From assembly GCA_045046875.1 (NCBI GenBank), contig JASFYY010000033.1, forward strand, positions 1 through 51,463: a stretch of 51,463 nt of DNA, in the 5' to 3' direction. Made by a program: the position numbers and the translations under genes. This document shows positions 47,060 through 51,463 of this stretch, piece after piece. The notes below the pieces were generated by a model. It had not been told where the DNA came from, did no database searches, and saw only the letters and a list, made by a program, of their open reading frames with translations. Each line of letters starts with the position of its first letter. Position 1 is the first letter of the stretch. This DNA is from Verrucomicrobiota bacterium. Lineage in GTDB: Bacteria > Verrucomicrobiota > Verrucomicrobiia > Verrucomicrobiales > DEV007.

Positions 47060-49729
47060 GTGAAACGCCTTTTTATGGCAGGCATGTTTTTGCCGGTTTT
47101 GACGTTATTATCTTTTTCACATCTCCACGCGACGCCGGCTAATAAAAAAGCTTTTGAGCGTTACCTGGGACCGTTGTTCGATGCCAAGCTGGATAATTGC
47201 GCAACTTGCCATGTGCATGCGGAAGCGGTGGAGGGGGCACACACTTTGGAGGACTTTCCTCACAACGCCTTTGGCCGGCAGTTGGCTGCGGTGAAGCAGG
47301 TGTGGAAAAAGCAGGGCAAACGCGCGACCCTGGATGAGCGTTTGAATTTTGTCGCCACAGAAGATGCCGATGGTGACGGGGTGGATAATCTTGCTGAGAT
47401 TTTGATGGGACGGCGACCGGGGGATGCCAAGGACCTGCCCGATGCGGAGGAGAAGAGTTTGTTGGTCGAGCGGTCTGCGCGTTTTGCGCAATATCTGGAG
47501 CGTTACCCTTGGCGTCCTTTTGAAAAGGTGAAACGTCCACAGGTTCCTGAAGTGAAAGCGGAACACCGTCAGTGGGTGCGCAATGAAATTGATGCTTTTT
47601 TGCTAGCTGAGCAGGAAGTTCGCGGACTGAATCCGAGGGGCGAAGCGCCGCGGCCGGTGTGGTTGCGCAGAGTGCATCTGGATCTTACGGGGTTGGCACC
47701 GACGGCGGACGAGGTGCGGGATTTTGTAGCGGATCAGGATGTCAACGCGTATGAAAAGGTGGTGGATCGTCTGTTGCAAAGCTCAGCTTACGGCGAGCGC
47801 TGGGGCAGGCATTGGATGGACATCTGGCGCTACGCGGATTGGGGCGGTTACAAAAAAGCGGTGCGTTTTAGTCAGCCGCACATTTGGCGGTGGCGCGATT
47901 GGATCGTTGAGGCCATGAATGAGGATAAGAGTTATGATCGAATGATCGTAGAGATGCTGGCGGCAGACGAAGCTGCGCCGGAAGATGAAGAAGCTTTGCG
48001 GGCGACGGGTTATTTGGTGCGCAATTACCATGGCGGCAGTCGGGATGTTTGGTTGGACAATGTGGTGTCGCATACCTCGCAAGCATTCCTTGGGGTGTCG
48101 ATGGGTTGTGTGCGTTGCCATGATCATAAATATGATCCGATTCCGCAGGAGGCCTATTATGAGATGCGGGCGATATTCGAGCCTTATCATGTGCGCACTG
48201 ATCGTGTGCCTGGCGAACTGGATGTTAAAAAAATGGGCATGCCGAGGGTTTTTGATAAGACGGTGGCGGCAAAAACTTATTTGCTGGCGCGGGGCGATGA
48301 GCGTTTTCCCGTGAAGGACAAGGTGATGTTACCCGGGGTGCCAAAAGCTTTGGGTGGACAATACAAAGCGGAGGTGGTGAAATTGTCACGCTTGGCTTAT
48401 CAGCCGGCCAAGCGGGATTTTGTCAAAAAGGGCATGATGGCGGCCGAACAGGATGAAGTGGCCAAAGCAAAAGCGGCCTTGGTCAAAGTGAAAAATACGA
48501 AGCCGCTTGATCCGGTGAAACTGAAAGCGGCTGAATTGGTTTTGTTGGCGGCGCAGAGCAAACAAGGGGCGTTGGTGGCTTTGTTTGATGTGGAGTCGAT
48601 GGAGGACAAAGGGAAAAAGGGCAGCGCGGAATGGAAAAAGGTAGCGGCGGCGGCGGCGAAGATTCAGCAAGACGTGGTGCTCACCGAGGCTCAGGCCAAA
48701 TTGGCGCTTGGTGAAAGCGAAAAGATGGTGGCGGCCAATCGTATGAGCAAAGCCAAAAGTGGCAAGGACAGCAAGAGCATGGCCAGCGCGACGAAGGCGA
48801 TGAAAGCGGCAGGTAAAAAAATAGCGGATGCTAGGAAGGCTTTGCTGGCGGCGGAAAAGATGAGTAAAAAACCGGTTACGGAAAAATACAAAGCCCGTGA
48901 GGGTTTGAGTTATCCGGCCACCAGTACGGGGCGGCGTTTGGCTTTTGCCAAGTGGTTGGGCAGTGAAGCCAATCCGTTGACGGCGCGGGTGGCGATGAAT
49001 CATATTTGGCTGCGTCATTTTGGTCAGGCGATCGTGCCGACGGTGGCGGAATTTGGTGCCAATGGACGAGAGCCGACCCATCCGGCTTTGTTGGACTGGT
49101 TGGCGGCTGAGTTCATGAGTCGGGATTGGAGCATGAAAGCGATGCACCGTTTGATCGTGACCAGTGCGGCTTATCGCATGAGCAGCACCCCGGATGAAAA
49201 TAATTATGCGATCGATCCGGATAATATTTACCTCTGGCGTATGCCGTCACGGAGGATGGAGGGAGAGATCGTACGTGATAATTTGTTATGGATCGCCGGT
49301 CGCATGGATCCGGCGATGGGGGGACCGGACATTGATCATACCACGGCGCAGGAATCCCGTCGGCGCAGTATTTATATGCGTCATGGACGTGAGAAGTTGG
49401 TCGAGTTTGTGCAGATTTTCGACGGACCGAAAGTCAGTGAATGTTATATGCGGGAAGAGAGTGTGCAGCCGCACCAGGCTTTGGCCATGGCGAACAGCAA
49501 GTTGACTAATCTGGCGGCTAAAAGTGTTTCCCAACGATTGAGCGGACAGTCGGGGGATGATCCGGCGGTTTTTATTGAGCAGGCTTATTTGACGGTGTTG
49601 GGCAAGGCACCCAAAACGGAGGAGAAAAAGTTGTGTCTGGCATTTTTGGAAAGTGGCGACATTGAGCGAAAAAAAGAGCGACTGGTGGCGGTGTTATTAA
49701 ACCACAATGATTTTGTGACGGTGCGCTAG
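47060..49729 (+). CDS. DUF1549/DUF1553 (PSD1/planctomycete cytochrome c-type) protein
   Basis: CATCH and CVRCH motifs; RNEIDAF, LRRVHLDLTGLAP, YGERWGRHWMD, NPLTARV..N.IW, PTHPALLDWLA and QALAMAN; start GTG 47060 or ATG 47075. Confidence 0.92.
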   Translation: MKRLFMAGMFLPVLTLLSFSHLHATPANKKAFERYLGPLFDAKLDNCATCHVHAEAVEGAHTLEDFPHNAFGRQLAAVKQVWKKQGKRATLDERLNFVATEDADGDGVDNLAEILMGRRPGDAKDLPDAEEKSLLVERSARFAQYLERYPWRPFEKVKRPQVPEVKAEHRQWVRNEIDAFLLAEQEVRGLNPRGEAPRPVWLRRVHLDLTGLAPTADEVRDFVADQDVNAYEKVVDRLLQSSAYGERWGRHWMDIWRYADWGGYKKAVRFSQPHIWRWRDWIVEAMNEDKSYDRMIVEMLAADEAAPEDEEALRATGYLVRNYHGGSRDVWLDNVVSHTSQAFLGVSMGCVRCHDHKYDPIPQEAYYEMRAIFEPYHVRTDRVPGELDVKKMGMPRVFDKTVAAKTYLLARGDERFPVKDKVMLPGVPKALGGQYKAEVVKLSRLAYQPAKRDFVKKGMMAAEQDEVAKAKAALVKVKNTKPLDPVKLKAAELVLLAAQSKQGALVALFDVESMEDKGKKGSAEWKKVAAAAAKIQQDVVLTEAQAKLALGESEKMVAANRMSKAKSGKDSKSMASATKAMKAAGKKIADARKALLAAEKMSKKPVTEKYKAREGLSYPATSTGRRLAFAKWLGSEANPLTARVAMNHIWLRHFGQAIVPTVAEFGANGREPTHPALLDWLAAEFMSRDWSMKAMHRLIVTSAAYRMSSTPDENNYAIDPDNIYLWRMPSRRMEGEIVRDNLLWIAGRMDPAMGGPDIDHTTAQESRRRSIYMRHGREKLVEFVQIFDGPKVSECYMREESVQPHQALAMANSKLTNLAAKSVSQRLSGQSGDDPAVFIEQAYLTVLGKAPKTEEKKLCLAFLESGDIERKKERLVAVLLNHNDFVTVR

Positions 49730-49745
49730 GATTTGAACGAATGAG

Positions 49746-51230
49746 ATGATGGATCAGGCAAAAATGAACCGGCGGACTTTTCTGGGTGATACAGGTATGG
49801 GTTTCACTGGTATGGCGCTGTCGGCGATGATGTTCAAAGGAGGAAAGGCGCAGGCAGCCAATGGCTGGGCGCCGCCGACGGGTAAACCTTATTTTCCGGC
49901 TAAAGCCAAATCGGTGATTTGGATTTTCAACATTGGTGGGGTTAGTCATTTGGAGAGCTTTGATCCCAAACCGGCACTGAACGAGTATGCTGGGAAATCG
50001 ATCAGCGAAACGCCTTATGCGGATCGCGTACTGAACAAGGACGCAATCAATAAAATTTTGCTCGATCCCAAAAAACAGAAACGCGAGGTTTTGCAGAAAA
50101 TTCTGCCTCTGCAAACGGGTTATAAACGTTACGGGCAAAGTGGGCTCGAAGTCAGTGACTGGTTTCCGCACATGGGTTCCTGTGCCGATGATATTTGTGT
50201 GTTGCGCGGGATGTGGACGATTGATAACAATCACGGGGCGCAGTTGACCTTTCACACCGGACGCAAGATCACCGAGGGGGCGTTTCCGACGATCGGCTCG
50301 TGGGCGAGTTACGGCCTGGGAACCCTGAATGAGAACCTGCCGGAGTTTGTGGTGCTGGGTAATCCGAGCGCGGACTGTTGCGGTGCGGCGTGGACCCATG
50401 GTTCGGCCTATCTCGGGCCGGAGTATGCGGGGGTGAGGTTGAAGGTGGATCCGAAAAATCCGATCTCATTTGTGCAACCGGATGATGTCAAAGTGACGCG
50501 GCAGGAGCAGCGCGAGAATTTTGGGTTGCTCGGCCAGCTCAACCGGATTTCGGGTATTGATTATCCGAATGATAAAAAACTGCGTGCCCGGATCAAGAGT
50601 TATGAACTGGCTTTTGAAATGCAATCATCAGTGCCGGAGGTGATGGATCTGGGCAAGGAACCAGAGCACATTCGCAAGCTGTATGGCATCGACGGCAAGG
50701 AAACCAAAGCTTTTGGCGAGAAATGTCTCGCCGCTCGCCGGATGGTGGAACGCGGGGTGCGTTTTGTGCAGATTTTCCACGGTTATCGTGGCAATGCCGG
50801 AGCTTGGGATTCCCATAGGGATATCAAGCGGCTGCATGGAGGTTTGTCCAAGGAAGTGGATCAGCCGATGGCGGGATTGATCAAGGATCTTAAACAGCGA
50901 GGCTTGCTGGATGATACTCTGATCGTGTGGGGCTCGGAATTTGGCCGTACCCCTGGAGGGCAGGGAGCCAAGGGCTCGGCGATTACCGGTCGGGATCATC
51001 ACCCTCACGGGTTTTCCGTGGTGATGGCGGGTGGTGGATTGAAAAAAGGTTATGTGGATGGAGCGACCGACGAACTGGGCTTCCACGCGACTGAAGAGCG
51101 TCATTATGTGACCGATATTCACGCGACGGTGTTGCATCAGTTGGGGCTGGATCCAAGGCGGATGGAAGTTCCGGGCAGGAAACGGCTTGATCGTGATTTT
51201 GGTGAGCCGATCAAAAAAATCATCGCTTGA
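49746..51230 (+). CDS. DUF1501 family protein (Tat-exported)
   Basis: NRRTFL Tat motif; KAKSVIW, GGVSHLESFDPKP, ARRMVERGVRFVQ, WDSH, SEFGRTP and GRDHHP. Confidence 0.93.
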   Translation: MMDQAKMNRRTFLGDTGMGFTGMALSAMMFKGGKAQAANGWAPPTGKPYFPAKAKSVIWIFNIGGVSHLESFDPKPALNEYAGKSISETPYADRVLNKDAINKILLDPKKQKREVLQKILPLQTGYKRYGQSGLEVSDWFPHMGSCADDICVLRGMWTIDNNHGAQLTFHTGRKITEGAFPTIGSWASYGLGTLNENLPEFVVLGNPSADCCGAAWTHGSAYLGPEYAGVRLKVDPKNPISFVQPDDVKVTRQEQRENFGLLGQLNRISGIDYPNDKKLRARIKSYELAFEMQSSVPEVMDLGKEPEHIRKLYGIDGKETKAFGEKCLAARRMVERGVRFVQIFHGYRGNAGAWDSHRDIKRLHGGLSKEVDQPMAGLIKDLKQRGLLDDTLIVWGSEFGRTPGGQGAKGSAITGRDHHPHGFSVVMAGGGLKKGYVDGATDELGFHATEERHYVTDIHATVLHQLGLDPRRMEVPGRKRLDRDFGEPIKKIIA

Positions 51231-51312
51231 TAGGGGGTGGTAGAACTGGTGCAGGACAAAAAAAGTTAGCCATTGTTTATTGAAATCTACCTTATCACAC
51301 TTCAACGTCATT

Positions 51313-51456
51313 CCGCCCTTTTAGGGCTGGCAATAAAATTGCTTTAACCCCAGCGCTTCGCACCGGGCTATCACATTTTGTCCTTACAGGACAGTTTGCT
51401 TTCATCTCTTTTGCACCAACGGTGCTCAATGATATAGCCCAGTGCGAAGCGCTGGG
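51313..51456. repeat. REP-like palindromic element pair in inverted orientation
   Basis: cccagcgcttcgcaccgggctat (51349-51371) and atagcccagtgcgaagcgctggg (51434-51456) are inverted copies with 22/23 identity; small hairpins gcccttttagggc, tgtccttacaggaca and gcaccaacggtgc lie alongside. Confidence 0.75.
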
Positions 51457-51463
51457 TAAAAAA

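Noticed and set aside
22539..51311. Long minus-strand ORFs opposite cysQ, ydbH, ydbL, pilB, ABC-F, PSD1 and DUF1501 (e.g. 29082..29774, 33730..34440, 48386..49147, 49572..50399)
   Set aside because: Antisense shadows of well-supported genes with H/Q/R/P-rich nonsense composition, explained by strand codon bias.
51313..51463. CRISPR array
   Set aside because: The repeats are inverted, not direct with unique spacers, and there are no cas genes.

Overview
Gene-dense bacterial chromosomal window, most likely from a Verrucomicrobiota (PVC) genome; this is inferred from the DUF1549/DUF1553 + DUF1501 pair, multiple sulfatases, BNR proteins and tandem PilB/GspE ATPases. Left to right: monomeric isocitrate dehydrogenase (runs off the left edge); two paralogous AT-rich lipoproteins resembling secretin periplasmic domains; a secreted C-N hydrolase and a BNR-4 protein; EF-hand and glycine-zipper lipoproteins; a cluster of two arylsulfatases, a HAD phosphatase, MoxR, DUF58, DUF4381, two VWA proteins, a TPR protein and BatD; a methyltransferase, a sialidase-like protein, a third sulfatase and a UbiA prenyltransferase; tRNA-Arg(CCT), cysQ, a GT-C glycosyltransferase, a giant YdbH-like protein and a YnbE-YdbL fusion; an MFS transporter; an AbrB-type antitoxin/Doc pair; an ArsC/Spx-like protein; a pilB-pilB-pilC-pilin locus; a RodZ-like protein, ftsK, DUF2064, aqpZ and ABC-F; a pilin paralogue with no prepilin cleavage site; an alpha/beta hydrolase; a DUF4032-like small protein; a PSD1/cytochrome c + DUF1501 pair; and a REP-like inverted repeat at the right edge. 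No integrase, transposase, prophage or CRISPR array was seen. The most intriguing signals are the stand-alone derivatives of type IV pilus/T2SS parts (secretin N-domain-only lipoproteins and an uncleavable pilin), the sulfatase-MoxR/VWA module and the fused YdbH/YnbE-YdbL lipid-bridge locus. All family calls come from recognising motifs by eye; no database searches were run.
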